DNA of 64,000 nucleotides from Bacillota bacterium (GCA_012841305.1 DUVA01000129.1:3649-67648), one strand, 5' to 3'; counted from the first letter of the stretch, positions 39,416-49,686 are shown. Program-made: numbers and translations. Notes: generated by a model from the sequence alone, not told the origin.

Positions 39416-41116
39416 TCATAGTTCTACCCTGCTCCAAAGTTTATCGCCGGCAACTCGGAGAACCCTTAATCCGGATCCAAGAATGAGAGCGATGATGGCG
39501 CCTGATATGACTTGTGCGACAAGGCCTGAATATCCTCTCCTAAACAAAACGTAAACCAGGTATCCTATAAGGAACAAGGCTACCATGCCGATAAGCATAC
39601 CAATAACTGTATTCAGGTTGGACTTAATAGCTCTCTGTTGATCTGTCCAATCAAGCATCGGGCGTGCCATGTCCAGCAAAACACCCCAGATACATAATGC
39701 GCAAGAAGAAGCAATTCCAAGGCTCACTCCTATGATGAGGCTTGCTATAGGCAACCGGGCAATGTACTCAAAAACCGCCAACCCGGGAATGGCGCCTGCT
39801 ACGATCATGATCTCGGCAGCCAAAGCCTTTCCCATGGCTGCCGCATGCCCTGAAATGGGTTGAGATCTGAGAAACCATATGTTCGCCTTGCCCTCCCTTG
39901 AAAAGGGGGAAAATGGAATTCCTGAGAACGCGGTAAGCATGAAGAAATATGCCGCGACAAGAAGCGCTCCTATACTATGGAACTCGGGCATCGTGGCCAG
40001 AGAGTCCCATAATCCCGCCATCTGCGGATCATTGCCCATGACAAGTAATACCACAAACATCACGGGAAACATCAAAAAGCCGATGAATCCATTGAGGACG
40101 AATACAGGAGTCCTTGAAAACAGCTTCATTTCAGTTACTGCCAGAGATAGTAAAGGAGTTCTTTTGGAAAATCCATGTCTTCCCTGCTTGTCTACTAAGG
40201 CGCCGCGCCTTGATGTGGGAGCCTCAAACCCTGACAGGACGCCTTGGTAGAAGAACCGGTCTCCAAGAGCCAGAAACAGGCCGAAGCTTACAGCGCCTAC
40301 ACCCAGAAAGAGGCAAAGACTCAATAAGCCCATCGAAGTTCCTGCCTCAGAGACAGCCCAGGTAGCCCAGATGCTAGGAGGAAATTGCCGTCCCATGACG
40401 GCAACCAGGCTATTGGCCTGAGAAAGCATTTGCATAATGAACTCTTGTTCATCGCCGCGGGCGGGCAACTTTGTTTGTAAATACAATTGAACACCTATTA
40501 TCAGGCCTGTAAGAAGGAAACCCCCGATGATAGTCAGAATATCCTTGCGTTTTGTAAAGCCTACGACTCTCATTAGAATAACAGAAAGTATCGAGGCGAT
40601 TGCAATAGGAATCACGGGGAGTGTGAGAAATACGATAATCGCCGAAAGTGCATAGCTAATCAGACTGACATCTGCCCTCATACCATAGGCTACAAAGATA
40701 GGAGTGATGAACACCAAAAGACCCAGGTACTCATTGCACAGAATGACTGCGAACTTAGAGGCCAGTACTTCCCATGGCCGGAGAGGTAGCGGAATCAATA
40801 CGGGAAGGTCATTTGAGAAATAAAAGACTGCTATGACCAGAGCGACACCGAGAATTAGCATGAGGAATTGGGCAGCCAGGATTCCGGTAGTCAGAGTAAG
40901 GGCTTCCTGATTAATGATAGCAGCTTGGGAGTAGAAAGCGCATGCCAGTTTGTAGACGCCAAATGACAAGACCAGAGCAGTCATGATGATAGACACCACT
41001 ATGAGTATGCCTTCCCATAACCTCTGGCGCTTCTCGAGGTAGTAGTACCGCGAATGTGATATAGCGAAATTCATGTTGAGTTGAGCCAGTATCAATGAGA
41101 GAAGACGGCCCTTCAC
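39416..41116 (-). CDS. ABC-2-type exporter permease (polytopic, 566 aa)
   Basis: It has 12 or more hydrophobic helices and sits immediately downstream of a DrrA-like ATPase (1-nt intergenic). Confidence 0.6.
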   Translation of the reverse strand: MKGRLLSLILAQLNMNFAISHSRYYYLEKRQRLWEGILIVVSIIMTALVLSFGVYKLACAFYSQAAIINQEALTLTTGILAAQFLMLILGVALVIAVFYFSNDLPVLIPLPLRPWEVLASKFAVILCNEYLGLLVFITPIFVAYGMRADVSLISYALSAIIVFLTLPVIPIAIASILSVILMRVVGFTKRKDILTIIGGFLLTGLIIGVQLYLQTKLPARGDEQEFIMQMLSQANSLVAVMGRQFPPSIWATWAVSEAGTSMGLLSLCLFLGVGAVSFGLFLALGDRFFYQGVLSGFEAPTSRRGALVDKQGRHGFSKRTPLLSLAVTEMKLFSRTPVFVLNGFIGFLMFPVMFVVLLVMGNDPQMAGLWDSLATMPEFHSIGALLVAAYFFMLTAFSGIPFSPFSREGKANIWFLRSQPISGHAAAMGKALAAEIMIVAGAIPGLAVFEYIARLPIASLIIGVSLGIASSCALCIWGVLLDMARPMLDWTDQQRAIKSNLNTVIGMLIGMVALFLIGYLVYVLFRRGYSGLVAQVISGAIIALILGSGLRVLRVAGDKLWSRVEL

Positions 41117-41117
41117 A

Positions 41118-41882
41118 CTAATCCGCCTCCTCCGGCAAGGTCAATTCAAGGAATATGTCCTCAAGGCTTTCGTCAGTCTCATTGCTCAGCTTGCGGAGCT
41201 CATCCATAGAGCCACAAGCAATAAGTTTTCCCTTGTCAATAATGCCTACCCTGTCACAGAGACGTTCTGCAACTTCAAGAATATGGGTGGAAAAAAATAC
41301 TGCATACCCTTGGTCACAGTGACTGCGCATAAGATCCTTGAAAAGCCGCGAAGATCTGGGATCGAGGCCTACCATGGGTTCATCAAGTATGAACAGAGGA
41401 GGATTGTGGAGCAAGGCTCCTGTCAGCGCCAGTTTCTGCTTCATGCCGTGGGAGTAGCTTTGTATTAAGTCCTTTACCTCAGAGGTCAAATCGAACATCG
41501 AAAGCAGGTCGTTTATGCGTCTTGTCCTCTCAGCGGCGGACACACCGTAGATATCTGCTACCAGATTCAGATATTCGAGCCCTGTCAGCCTGTTGTATAG
41601 GTTGGGGTCATCAGGCACAAAGCCCATTCTCATCTTGGCGGACACCGGGTCTTTGACTATATCATGGCCGTCTACGATAATTCGCCCGTTATCCGGCATG
41701 AGGAGCCCGACTATCATCTTAATTGTAGTGGTTTTGCCTGCCCCGTTAGGTCCGAGAAACCCAAAGATTTCTCCGGGCCTAACTTCAAGGCTCAGGCTGT
41801 CCACTGCCTTAGTCGAGCCTCCTCTATAAGTCTTTGAGACACCTTCAAGTTTCAGCAGACAAGCATTGCCGGCTTTTACCAC
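41118..41882 (-). CDS. ABC transporter ATP-binding protein (DrrA/ABC-2 type)
   Basis: Walker A GPNGAGKTT, the signature YSHGMKQKLAL, Walker B ILDEP and the H-loop are all present. A start at the GTG at 41882 (GGGGGGG 9 nt upstream) avoids a 100-nt overlap with the end of rnj that the 42047 ORF would give. Confidence 0.8.
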   Translation of the reverse strand: MVKAGNACLLKLEGVSKTYRGGSTKAVDSLSLEVRPGEIFGFLGPNGAGKTTTIKMIVGLLMPDNGRIIVDGHDIVKDPVSAKMRMGFVPDDPNLYNRLTGLEYLNLVADIYGVSAAERTRRINDLLSMFDLTSEVKDLIQSYSHGMKQKLALTGALLHNPPLFILDEPMVGLDPRSSRLFKDLMRSHCDQGYAVFFSTHILEVAERLCDRVGIIDKGKLIACGSMDELRKLSNETDESLEDIFLELTLPEEAD

Positions 41883-41944
41883 CCGCCGTACCCCCCCATA
41901 CGAAACGAATATCGTGTTATTCGCTCCTGGAAATCCGTGCCTAT

Positions 41945-43618
41945 CTACACTTCCATTACCACCGGGAGTATCATAGGTCTTCTCCTTATCTTGTGGTAGA
42001 GAAATGCAGCAAGGGACTCCCTGATCTTGTTCTTGATTGAGTTCCATTCGGTGACTCCGTCGGAGCTACACTTGGCTATGACTTCACCGACTTCAGCTTC
42101 AGCTTCCTTCATAAGCGCCTCAGATTCTCTCACATACACAAATCCTCTGGAGACGATGTCCGGCCCTGCAACGACCTTGCCTGTTTGCTTATCTATGGTA
42201 ACTACGACCACCATGATGCCGTCTTGGGCCAGCACCTTCCTGTCGCGGAGGACTACATTACCTACATCTCCCACCCCAAGCCCGTCCACAAGGACTTGTC
42301 CTGCCTCTACCTTGCTGCCACGGCAGGCGCGCCCGGAAGAGTCCAACTCAAGGACATCACCGTTTTCCAGAATGAACGTATTCTCGCCGGGTATTCCCAC
42401 TTGCTCTGCAAGTTGCGCATGTTTTACAAGGTGTCTGTACTCGCCGTGAACAGGGACAAAGTACTTTGGACATGTCAAGTTGATCATGAGTTTGAGCTCT
42501 TCTTGACTTGCATGTCCTGAAGCATGCACACAAGAGAACTTATCATAAACTACATCAGCGCCTTGTTTGAAGAGGTGATTGATAGTCCTCCCGATATCCT
42601 TCTCATTACCGGGTATCGGCGACGCAGATATGATAATCGTGTCTCCCGGACGAATACCGACCCTCTTGTGGGTGGCCATTGCCATACGAGTCAGGGCTGA
42701 CATTGGCTCCCCTTGCGTGCCTGTTGTAATAATAGTCAGCCTGTCAGCACGCATCCTGTCCACTTCTTCCGTGGGTATCAGCATTCCGTTGGGTATATCC
42801 AAATATCCGAGGTTAGATGCGATTTCCACCGTGTTTTCCAGGCTTCGCCCAATAACCGCTATTCTTCGGCCGAACTTCCATGAAGCATCGATCACTTGCT
42901 GAATCCGGTGGATATTCGACGCGAACGTAGCTACGATAATTCGCTGTTCAGCTTTGCTGAATTGCTCTTCGAAGGCTTCGCCTACATCCCTTTCGGACAT
43001 GGTGTACCCGGGACGTTCCGCGTTTGTTGAGTCGGACAGCAGGCACAATACGCCTCTTAGTCCAAGCTCCGCGAATTTGCGAAAATCAGGTGTTTCCGTA
43101 AAAATCGGTGTTTGATCAAACTTGAAGTCTGCTGTATGCACAATAATGCCGACAGGTGTGGAGATTGCAAGGGCAACGACGTCAGCGATACTATGACTTA
43201 CACGGATAAACTCGACGGTAAACGGGCCTATATTGACTCTGTCACCTGCCTGGACGCATCTTAAGGAAGCTTCAGACAGCAACTTGTGTTCGCGAAGTTT
43301 CCCTTCAACGAGGCCAAGAGTCAGTTTCGTTCCATAGATCACAGAGTCGATCTCTCTTAAGACATAAGGCAGAGCACCTATATGATCCTCATGCCCGTGG
43401 GTGAGAATAAGGCCGCGAATCCTGTCTTTGTTTTCCTTAAGATATGTGATATCAGGTATGACAAAGTCAATACCCAACATCTCCTCTTCGGGAAAAGCCA
43501 AGCCTGCGTCGATTATCAGGAGCTCTCCGTCATATTCAATTACAGTCATGTTCTTGCCTATTTCACCAACCCCGCCTAAGGGGATAATAGACAACTTCTT
43601 ATCTCTATTCTTACTCAC
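41945..43618 (-). CDS. rnj: Ribonuclease J (metallo-beta-lactamase / beta-CASP)
   Basis: IIPLGGVGEIGKNM...HGHEDHIGALP is the RNase J N-terminus. It is 557 aa with a GTG start. Confidence 0.9.
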   Translation of the reverse strand: MSKNRDKKLSIIPLGGVGEIGKNMTVIEYDGELLIIDAGLAFPEEEMLGIDFVIPDITYLKENKDRIRGLILTHGHEDHIGALPYVLREIDSVIYGTKLTLGLVEGKLREHKLLSEASLRCVQAGDRVNIGPFTVEFIRVSHSIADVVALAISTPVGIIVHTADFKFDQTPIFTETPDFRKFAELGLRGVLCLLSDSTNAERPGYTMSERDVGEAFEEQFSKAEQRIIVATFASNIHRIQQVIDASWKFGRRIAVIGRSLENTVEIASNLGYLDIPNGMLIPTEEVDRMRADRLTIITTGTQGEPMSALTRMAMATHKRVGIRPGDTIIISASPIPGNEKDIGRTINHLFKQGADVVYDKFSCVHASGHASQEELKLMINLTCPKYFVPVHGEYRHLVKHAQLAEQVGIPGENTFILENGDVLELDSSGRACRGSKVEAGQVLVDGLGVGDVGNVVLRDRKVLAQDGIMVVVVTIDKQTGKVVAGPDIVSRGFVYVRESEALMKEAEAEVGEVIAKCSSDGVTEWNSIKNKIRESLAAFLYHKIRRRPMILPVVMEV

Positions 43619-43664
43619 GTATTACACATCACCATCTTTCTATATTATTGACCTATGTACCAGA

Positions 43665-43688
43665 ACCCCCTGCATGTCAGCAGGGGGT
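43665..43688 (-). terminator. Possible terminator hairpin between dapA and rnj
   Basis: ACCCCCTGC-atgtca-GCAGGGGGT is a 9-bp GC-rich stem. It is followed on the minus-strand RNA by an A/U-rich stretch. It lies about 100 nt after the dapA stop. Confidence 0.3.
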
Positions 43689-43785
43689 CCAAAGCCACTA
43701 CATTACACCCTCTAATACTATCACACAAAAAGCGATATCTCAACATTAAATGGCTTGCTCGGCAGGTGCCGGCTGTCTTTAGCCA

Positions 43786-44670
43786 TTAGGCAATTAAGCC
43801 CATATCCGCTAAGGCTTTCCTGACAATAGCGACTTCCCTCTCTCCTGCTTCAACCAAAGGAGCCCTCACGCCACCTACATCGAATCCCGTTAGCCTGAGA
43901 GCAGCCTTTACAGGGATAGGATTGGTTGTGACAAACAATGCCTTGAACAAAGGGAACAACTTGCAATTGAGCTCTGCCGCCAGTGCTACATTGCCCTCTT
44001 GGAAAGCGTTAATCATCTGCTTAATCTCTTTGCCTGCCACGTGTGAGGCTACGCTTATGATGCCTTCGCCTCCTACCGCCATAATAGGCAAAGTCAAAGA
44101 ATCATCACCACTGTAAATCTTGAATGAAGCAGGTGTGCGCTGGCGTATGTCTGTGACCTGTTCCAGGTTACCGCTGGCTTCCTTTACTCCTACGATATTC
44201 TTCGTTCGTGACAGTGTTTCGATGGTGACAGGAGTCATGTTGATCCCGGTTCTACCCGGAATGTTATAGACAATTATCGGCAGACCGGTAGAATCTGCAA
44301 TTGCCCTAAAATGAGTGATGAGTCCCTCTTGAGGCGGTTTGTTATAGTAGGGAACTACAAGCATAATGCCGTGAACACCTATCTTTTCAGCAGCACGGGT
44401 CAGCTCAATGCTTGATGCAGTTGAATTACCACCTGTTCCTGCAACAACCTTAGCGTCATTTCCTACCGCATCGACAACGACTCGAAAGAGATCCAGTTTC
44501 TCCTCAAATGATAATGTAGGAGATTCCCCTGTCGTGCCTGCTACCACAATACTGTCTGAGCCTGTTCTTACCAGCAATTCAGCAAGTTCTCCGGCTCTGT
44601 CGTAATCGACTTCAAGACCGGGCGTAAAAGGAGTCACCATTGCAGTCATGACTTTGCCGAAATCAACCAT
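43786..44670 (-). CDS. dapA: 4-hydroxy-tetrahydrodipicolinate synthase
   Basis: MVTPF...GTTGESPTLS...the Schiff-base lysine region, and PYYNKP. Confidence 0.9.
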   Translation of the reverse strand: MVDFGKVMTAMVTPFTPGLEVDYDRAGELAELLVRTGSDSIVVAGTTGESPTLSFEEKLDLFRVVVDAVGNDAKVVAGTGGNSTASSIELTRAAEKIGVHGIMLVVPYYNKPPQEGLITHFRAIADSTGLPIIVYNIPGRTGINMTPVTIETLSRTKNIVGVKEASGNLEQVTDIRQRTPASFKIYSGDDSLTLPIMAVGGEGIISVASHVAGKEIKQMINAFQEGNVALAAELNCKLFPLFKALFVTTNPIPVKAALRLTGFDVGGVRAPLVEAGEREVAIVRKALADMGLIA

Positions 44671-44701
44671 GTCAGGATCCCTCCAAATCAGGTGTTATAG
44701 T

Positions 44702-45943
44702 TCAATCAGTCGATGCGCCCAATCCAAACGCAGTGTGGAGTCCTCGGGTCGCTTTCAGTATGTCGTCTTGCATTACAAGACACGATATGCTGGCATGCGA
44801 GTCAGATGTCTGAAAAATCTTCACACCTGCATCTCCTAAAGTTTCCACTACTTCAGCCATGACTCCGGGAACTCCTCTCATCCCTGCCCCCACTAAAGAT
44901 ACCTTGGCACATCCTGGCGTAATTATTATCTCCTCTTGTTTCAGCCCCAAAGATTCCAGCACCCCAAGGGCACCATCGATTACGCCTTCACTTATTGTAA
45001 AGCATATCGTTTCAGGAAGCACACTTATTAAGTCCACACTTATCTTTGCGTTTGCCAGGGCTCTAAATACTTTGCCCAAAAAGCCTGCCTCATTGACATC
45101 GTGTTGCCGGTCCAGTCTCACCTGCGCGATATTTGTGAGGTGAGCAACTCCCCTTGCGACTCTGTCTGATCTGATGACAGTTTTCTTTGAGGCTATACTA
45201 CTGTCACATACAAGGGTGCCCGGCGCATCAGAAAACGTACTCTTGATTCTTATGGGAAGTCCGCCTTCCATGGCAATTTCCACTGCCCTTGGATGGACAA
45301 CCTTAGCTCCGAGGTGAGCCATTTCTACAATTTCGGAATAGGAGACAACAGTGAGTGGTTTTGCCTCTGGCACCATTTTGGGGTCAGCGGTCATGACGCC
45401 TTCTACGTCTGTATATATTTCCACTGATTCGGCGCCCAAAGCCACACCCAGGGCTGCAGCTGTCGTGTCACTGCCTCCCCGCCCCAACGTTGTGACTTCG
45501 CCGTTTTTGCTGATACCCTGAAATCCTGCGACTACCACGACTTTACCTTCCCTGAGGTAATCCATGACACGTCCGGGATGTACTTCGAGTATTCTTGTGT
45601 TGCCGAAGCTTTCATCGGTTATGATGCCTGCTTGCCCGCCTGTCAAGCCCACAGCTTGGCATCCTATTCCTCTCAGCGTCTGGGTCATGACCACTGCGGA
45701 AATTATCTCACCGCATGACATGACTAGATCTTGCTCTCTGGGATCTGCTTCTTCATGCATGTCTTTTATGAGTCCTAAGAGAGTGTCAGTGGCGTACGGT
45801 TCTCCCTTCCTGCCCATTGCAGATACTACAACAACAGGCGAATATCCATTAGCCTGTGCCTCTATGACTTTTCTGGCTGCTGTCTCCCGTTGCAGAGGAG
45901 TAGCCACAGATGTCCCTCCGAATTTTTGGATTATGATTTTCAT
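44702..45943 (-). CDS. lysC: Aspartate kinase (DapG/LysC type, C-terminal ACT domains)
   Basis: MKIIIQKFGGTSV... A GAGGTGAGG RBS favours the ATG at 45943. It is 5 nt downstream of the asd stop. Confidence 0.9.
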   Translation of the reverse strand: MKIIIQKFGGTSVATPLQRETAARKVIEAQANGYSPVVVVSAMGRKGEPYATDTLLGLIKDMHEEADPREQDLVMSCGEIISAVVMTQTLRGIGCQAVGLTGGQAGIITDESFGNTRILEVHPGRVMDYLREGKVVVVAGFQGISKNGEVTTLGRGGSDTTAAALGVALGAESVEIYTDVEGVMTADPKMVPEAKPLTVVSYSEIVEMAHLGAKVVHPRAVEIAMEGGLPIRIKSTFSDAPGTLVCDSSIASKKTVIRSDRVARGVAHLTNIAQVRLDRQHDVNEAGFLGKVFRALANAKISVDLISVLPETICFTISEGVIDGALGVLESLGLKQEEIIITPGCAKVSLVGAGMRGVPGVMAEVVETLGDAGVKIFQTSDSHASISCLVMQDDILKATRGLHTAFGLGASTD

Positions 45944-45948
45944 TTTCC

Positions 45949-46986
45949 TCACCTCGCAAGACATCCGAGCTCCAGAGCCTTTTCTCCTATTTCAACTGCA
46001 TTCAGCGCCGCGCCTTTGCGAAGTTGGTCGCCTACGACCCATAGGTTCAGTCCGCTGGGAATCGAATTATCTTCACGTACCCGGCCTACTTGAACAAGGT
46101 CTGTGCCTGAAGCTGAGAAAGGCATTGGGTATAGCATCTCACCTGGATCGTCTATAACCTGGATCCCAGGGGCTTTAGAAAGAATCTCCAATGCTTGTTC
46201 CCGAGTGAGTTTGTGGCAAGTTTCGAGATTCAGTGAGATGGAGTGAGATCTTTCTACCGGAACGCGCACAGTGGTGGCGGTGATTCCAAACTCGCGTCCC
46301 ATAATCTTCGCAGTCTCGTGAACTGTCTTCCATTCTTCCTTTGTGTACATCATGTCTTGGAACACATCCACTTGTGGGATTACGTTGAATGCTATCTGAT
46401 AGTGCTTTGGAAGAGACGCAGAAGGAAGGACTTCAGGTTGGACGGCTTCCCCTGCAAGATATGCCTTGGATTCGCGGAATAAAGCATCCATAGCCTTTAC
46501 TCCGGCACCGGATACAGCTTGATATGTCGATACGACGGCTCGCTTGACATGAGCAGCGTCGTCAATCGGTTTCAGCGCCATTACCATAATGGTTGTAGTG
46601 CAGTTTGGGTTTGCAATGATTCCTTTGTGTTTTAGGATATCTTCCGGGTTGACCTGGGGAACTACCAGTGGCACTTCGGGCTCCATACGAAATGCGCTGC
46701 TATTATCAATCACCAGCGCGCCATTGTTGACTGCGCCTTGCGCAAATTCTCGGGAAACAGAGGCCCCAGCCGCGAAGAACACTATGTCGTGCCCGGCGAC
46801 GGCGCTTTCTGAAACCTCCTCTACCTGCAGCCGATCGCCTCGAAAGTCCACCTGCTTCCCTTTTGACCTAGCTGACGCAAGCAGGGTAAGTTCACCTACG
46901 GGGAAGTTCCTTTCAGACAGGATCTTCAGGAGCTCCTGCCCGACAACTCCTGTGGCGCCTACTACCGCTACTTTATACCTTCTCAT
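45949..46986 (-). CDS. asd: Aspartate-semialdehyde dehydrogenase
   Basis: VAVVGATGVVGQ...NPNCTT (the catalytic Cys context). Confidence 0.9.
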   Translation of the reverse strand: MRRYKVAVVGATGVVGQELLKILSERNFPVGELTLLASARSKGKQVDFRGDRLQVEEVSESAVAGHDIVFFAAGASVSREFAQGAVNNGALVIDNSSAFRMEPEVPLVVPQVNPEDILKHKGIIANPNCTTTIMVMALKPIDDAAHVKRAVVSTYQAVSGAGVKAMDALFRESKAYLAGEAVQPEVLPSASLPKHYQIAFNVIPQVDVFQDMMYTKEEWKTVHETAKIMGREFGITATTVRVPVERSHSISLNLETCHKLTREQALEILSKAPGIQVIDDPGEMLYPMPFSASGTDLVQVGRVREDNSIPSGLNLWVVGDQLRKGAALNAVEIGEKALELGCLAR

Positions 46987-47042
46987 TCTTCTCCCCTCGC
47001 TATGCTGTTTATGCTAAGTGATTTTATGTTAGCATATATCGC

Positions 47043-47633
47043 CTATGATTTCCTGTCAACAATGATTGGTTGTAGCTGTTTCCCGTCAAGTGCGGCAACC
47101 ACCGTGTCTACAAGCAGTCGCATATCACTTATGAGAGAACAAGGTTTCGCAAGTGGAGCGTCCTGTCCGAAGGGAATCATGTATATATGTTTAGTGCTTA
47201 ATAGGGCGCCTAGATTCTTCGCATTTATTGACAGGGCGTCATTTGTGGAAATACCGATAATGACAGGCCTCAAATTGCGCATGGTAGATTTGGCCGCCAT
47301 TAGGACCGGGCCGTCCGTAATACCATGAGCCAGTTTAGCTAAGGTATTTCCGGTGCATGGCGCAATCACCAATGCATCCAGGATCTTCTGAGGCCCTAGG
47401 GGCTCCACTTCAACAATGGTCAGAATGGGTTCCTTACCTGTTATGCGCTCAAGGGCGCACGCTATGTCGGCTGCCTTTCCATACTTCGTGTTTTGAGTCG
47501 CGACTTTTTCAGATAGTATGGGATATACATCTGCGCCCTCTCTAACGAGCTTCTCGATTTCCGGGAAGACTTGGGGAATAGTGCAGAACGATCCTGTTAT
47601 GGCCATGCCAATCGTCTTGCCAGCAAGCAGCAT
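47043..47633 (-). CDS. dpaB: Dipicolinate synthase subunit B (flavoprotein)
   Basis: MLLAGKTIGMAITGSFCT... shows homology to SpoVFB. An AGGTGGAGGTGG RBS lies before the ATG at 47633. Confidence 0.85.
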   Translation of the reverse strand: MLLAGKTIGMAITGSFCTIPQVFPEIEKLVREGADVYPILSEKVATQNTKYGKAADIACALERITGKEPILTIVEVEPLGPQKILDALVIAPCTGNTLAKLAHGITDGPVLMAAKSTMRNLRPVIIGISTNDALSINAKNLGALLSTKHIYMIPFGQDAPLAKPCSLISDMRLLVDTVVAALDGKQLQPIIVDRKS

Positions 47634-47670
47634 GGGTTCCACCTCCACCTAATGCTAGGTAACCTGCCGG

Positions 47671-48567
47671 TCAAGAAAGGCGACTGAGTTCCCGTCTTAT
47701 GAGTTGAGGGACGGAATCAGCAAGGATTTTTCCTGCAGTCTTTGGAGCAACCTTCCCGGGTAATCCCAAGGCAAGAATAGCCTTAATGCCTAATCGCGAC
47801 GCAGCCTCAAAATCGGTTCCTCCCGGCGCGGAAGCTAAGTCTACTATGAGAGAACCAGGCCGCATGCACCTCAGGATGTTTTCAGTTAACACTATTGCAG
47901 GAACTGTGTTGAAGACTACGTCTGCATCTCTTAAAGCCGTGGCAAGCGACGAGATATGCAGGGTTGAGGCACCCATCTCATCAGCCCTCGCAAGCTGCGG
48001 GAGACTTCTGGCACACACGAATGTATTAGCGCATAGAGAAAGCAGGACGCGTGCCATGGTTACTCCTACTCGTCCAAACCCGACTACAACCGCATTACAT
48101 CCATGGATTGTAATGGGCATTTCTTCCATGGCTATTTGAAGCGCCCCTTCTGCCGTAGGTATGGAGTTTCGGATGGCGATCTCGTCATCCTCGGCAACTT
48201 CGATAAGGTTTACATTATGCTTTGTGGCGAATTCCCGAAGCCTTGGCCTTGCAGCGCCTACCAAGAGAGGCACCCCGGGTGGAATGAGTTCCAGGGTTTC
48301 CTCAGTAAGCGCAATATTGAATTCAGGATCAAGAGTCCTCACCTTGCCTCCGACATCAAGGCCACCCATTCCTACGACAATTGCAGAAGCTCCAATAATC
48401 CCCTGGAATACACTATTTTCCCGGATAGTCCCTTCAAGCTCATCAAGGGGTGGGTATCCTACAACTCTCACTTGGGCCCCTTCAGCGAGGAATTTCTGAA
48501 TCAGCTCAATTTCGCGAAAATCTCCTCCGAGCACACATATGACCAGTCCCTTGAGGCCCTCTGTCAT
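47671..48567 (-). CDS. dpaA: Dipicolinate synthase subunit A
   Basis: It is SpoVFA-like with a Rossmann fold (VVGFGRVG), directly upstream of dpaB and downstream of dapB. Confidence 0.85.
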   Translation of the reverse strand: MTEGLKGLVICVLGGDFREIELIQKFLAEGAQVRVVGYPPLDELEGTIRENSVFQGIIGASAIVVGMGGLDVGGKVRTLDPEFNIALTEETLELIPPGVPLLVGAARPRLREFATKHNVNLIEVAEDDEIAIRNSIPTAEGALQIAMEEMPITIHGCNAVVVGFGRVGVTMARVLLSLCANTFVCARSLPQLARADEMGASTLHISSLATALRDADVVFNTVPAIVLTENILRCMRPGSLIVDLASAPGGTDFEAASRLGIKAILALGLPGKVAPKTAGKILADSVPQLIRRELSRLS

Positions 48568-48597
48568 ACCAGTCCCTCCCCTGACCCCACATGACTA

Positions 48598-48632
48598 TGG
48601 ATAATATATGTCTCTTGCGGGGAGGCGGTGCT
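48598..48632 (-). promoter_or_regulatory. Candidate sigma-K-type promoter for dpaAB (spoVF)
   Basis: The minus strand reads AC-N17-CATATATTA, matching the sigma-K consensus AC-16/17-CATANNNTA. The -10 box is the minus strand of plus-strand 48602-48610, ending about 34 nt upstream of the dpaA ATG. Confidence 0.3.
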
Positions 48633-48661
48633 TGTTCTTCCCTTTTCCAGGTAATGCTCAT

Positions 48662-49459
48662 TCAGACATCAAGCAAAGCGTCAAGGCCGAAAACTGCCTG
48701 TTCAAGCTTCATCACTTCTCTTACGGCTAAGATTACACCAGGCATGAAGGATTCTCTTGAAAGAGAGTCATGGCGTATTGTCAGAGTCTCGCCTGTCCCT
48801 CCGAAGATAACCTCATGGTGAGCTACGAGACCCGGCAACCTGACACTATGTATTCGGACGACACCTACATCCTCACCTCTTGCAGGTTGTGATTCGAGGC
48901 TTACCGCTATCTCCTCTTGTGCTGCAGTATGTGAATGGCTCATGAGCTCAGCAGTCTTAAGAGCTGTTCCAGAAGGGGCGTCTACTTTCTTATCATGATG
49001 CATCTCAATAATCTCAGCACCGGTAAAGTGCCTGGAAGCTATTTCAGCAAACTTCATGAGGAGGACTGCGCCAATGGCAAAATTGGGGGCGATCACTGCG
49101 CCGATCTTTCTCCTTTGGCACAAGCTTCTGATTTCGTCAAAGTCAGATGCCGAGAGGCCTGTGGTCCCCACAACACACCTGACTCCGTTCTTGAGAGCTG
49201 TTCTCACATTATCCATGACGCTTGTAGGGTGTGTAAAATCTACCAGTACATTCGGATTCGTCTCTGCTATCAAGGCAGGAAGATCAGTAGCTACATTGAG
49301 TGAATACTCGCAGTCACCCGAGCTCAAGGCAATGCTCTCAATCTTCAAATCTACGCCCCCGACTAATTGTATGTCCGGTTCCCGGGTGAGGGCTGCTGCA
49401 ACCTGTCTTCCCATGCGTCCTGCTACACCTGTAACGATTGTCTTGATTGTCATTGACAA
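48662..49459 (-). CDS. dapB: 4-hydroxy-tetrahydrodipicolinate reductase
   Basis: VTGVAGRMGRQ...EIIEMHHDKKVDAPSGTA. Confidence 0.9.
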   Translation of the reverse strand: MSMTIKTIVTGVAGRMGRQVAAALTREPDIQLVGGVDLKIESIALSSGDCEYSLNVATDLPALIAETNPNVLVDFTHPTSVMDNVRTALKNGVRCVVGTTGLSASDFDEIRSLCQRRKIGAVIAPNFAIGAVLLMKFAEIASRHFTGAEIIEMHHDKKVDAPSGTALKTAELMSHSHTAAQEEIAVSLESQPARGEDVGVVRIHSVRLPGLVAHHEVIFGGTGETLTIRHDSLSRESFMPGVILAVREVMKLEQAVFGLDALLDV

Positions 49460-49686
49460 CTAACCCCCCTATTTGGCCTATGCTCATCACAATTGATTTA
49501 TCCTTCCGGTTTCGAATTCCTGCTATCTTAACGAAGCGTAACGAAGGTCTCAAGCGTGTCTTTAGAATCTGTCTGAAATACAATAGAAAACCGCCGCAGG
49601 CAGTTCCTATCCGGACACCATTCCGCAGCGGTTATGCCAATTGACACTACTTTGACGGCACGGAATTTCCGACTGCTTCTCTAGAG

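Noticed and set aside
49460-49686. A 226-nt leader upstream of dapB, considered as a lysine (L-box) riboswitch or T-box
   Set aside because: I cannot find the conserved L-box or T-box sequence elements or a terminator/antiterminator pair. lysC is internal to the operon and not at its head. The region more likely holds the stress-gene terminator and a plain dapB promoter.
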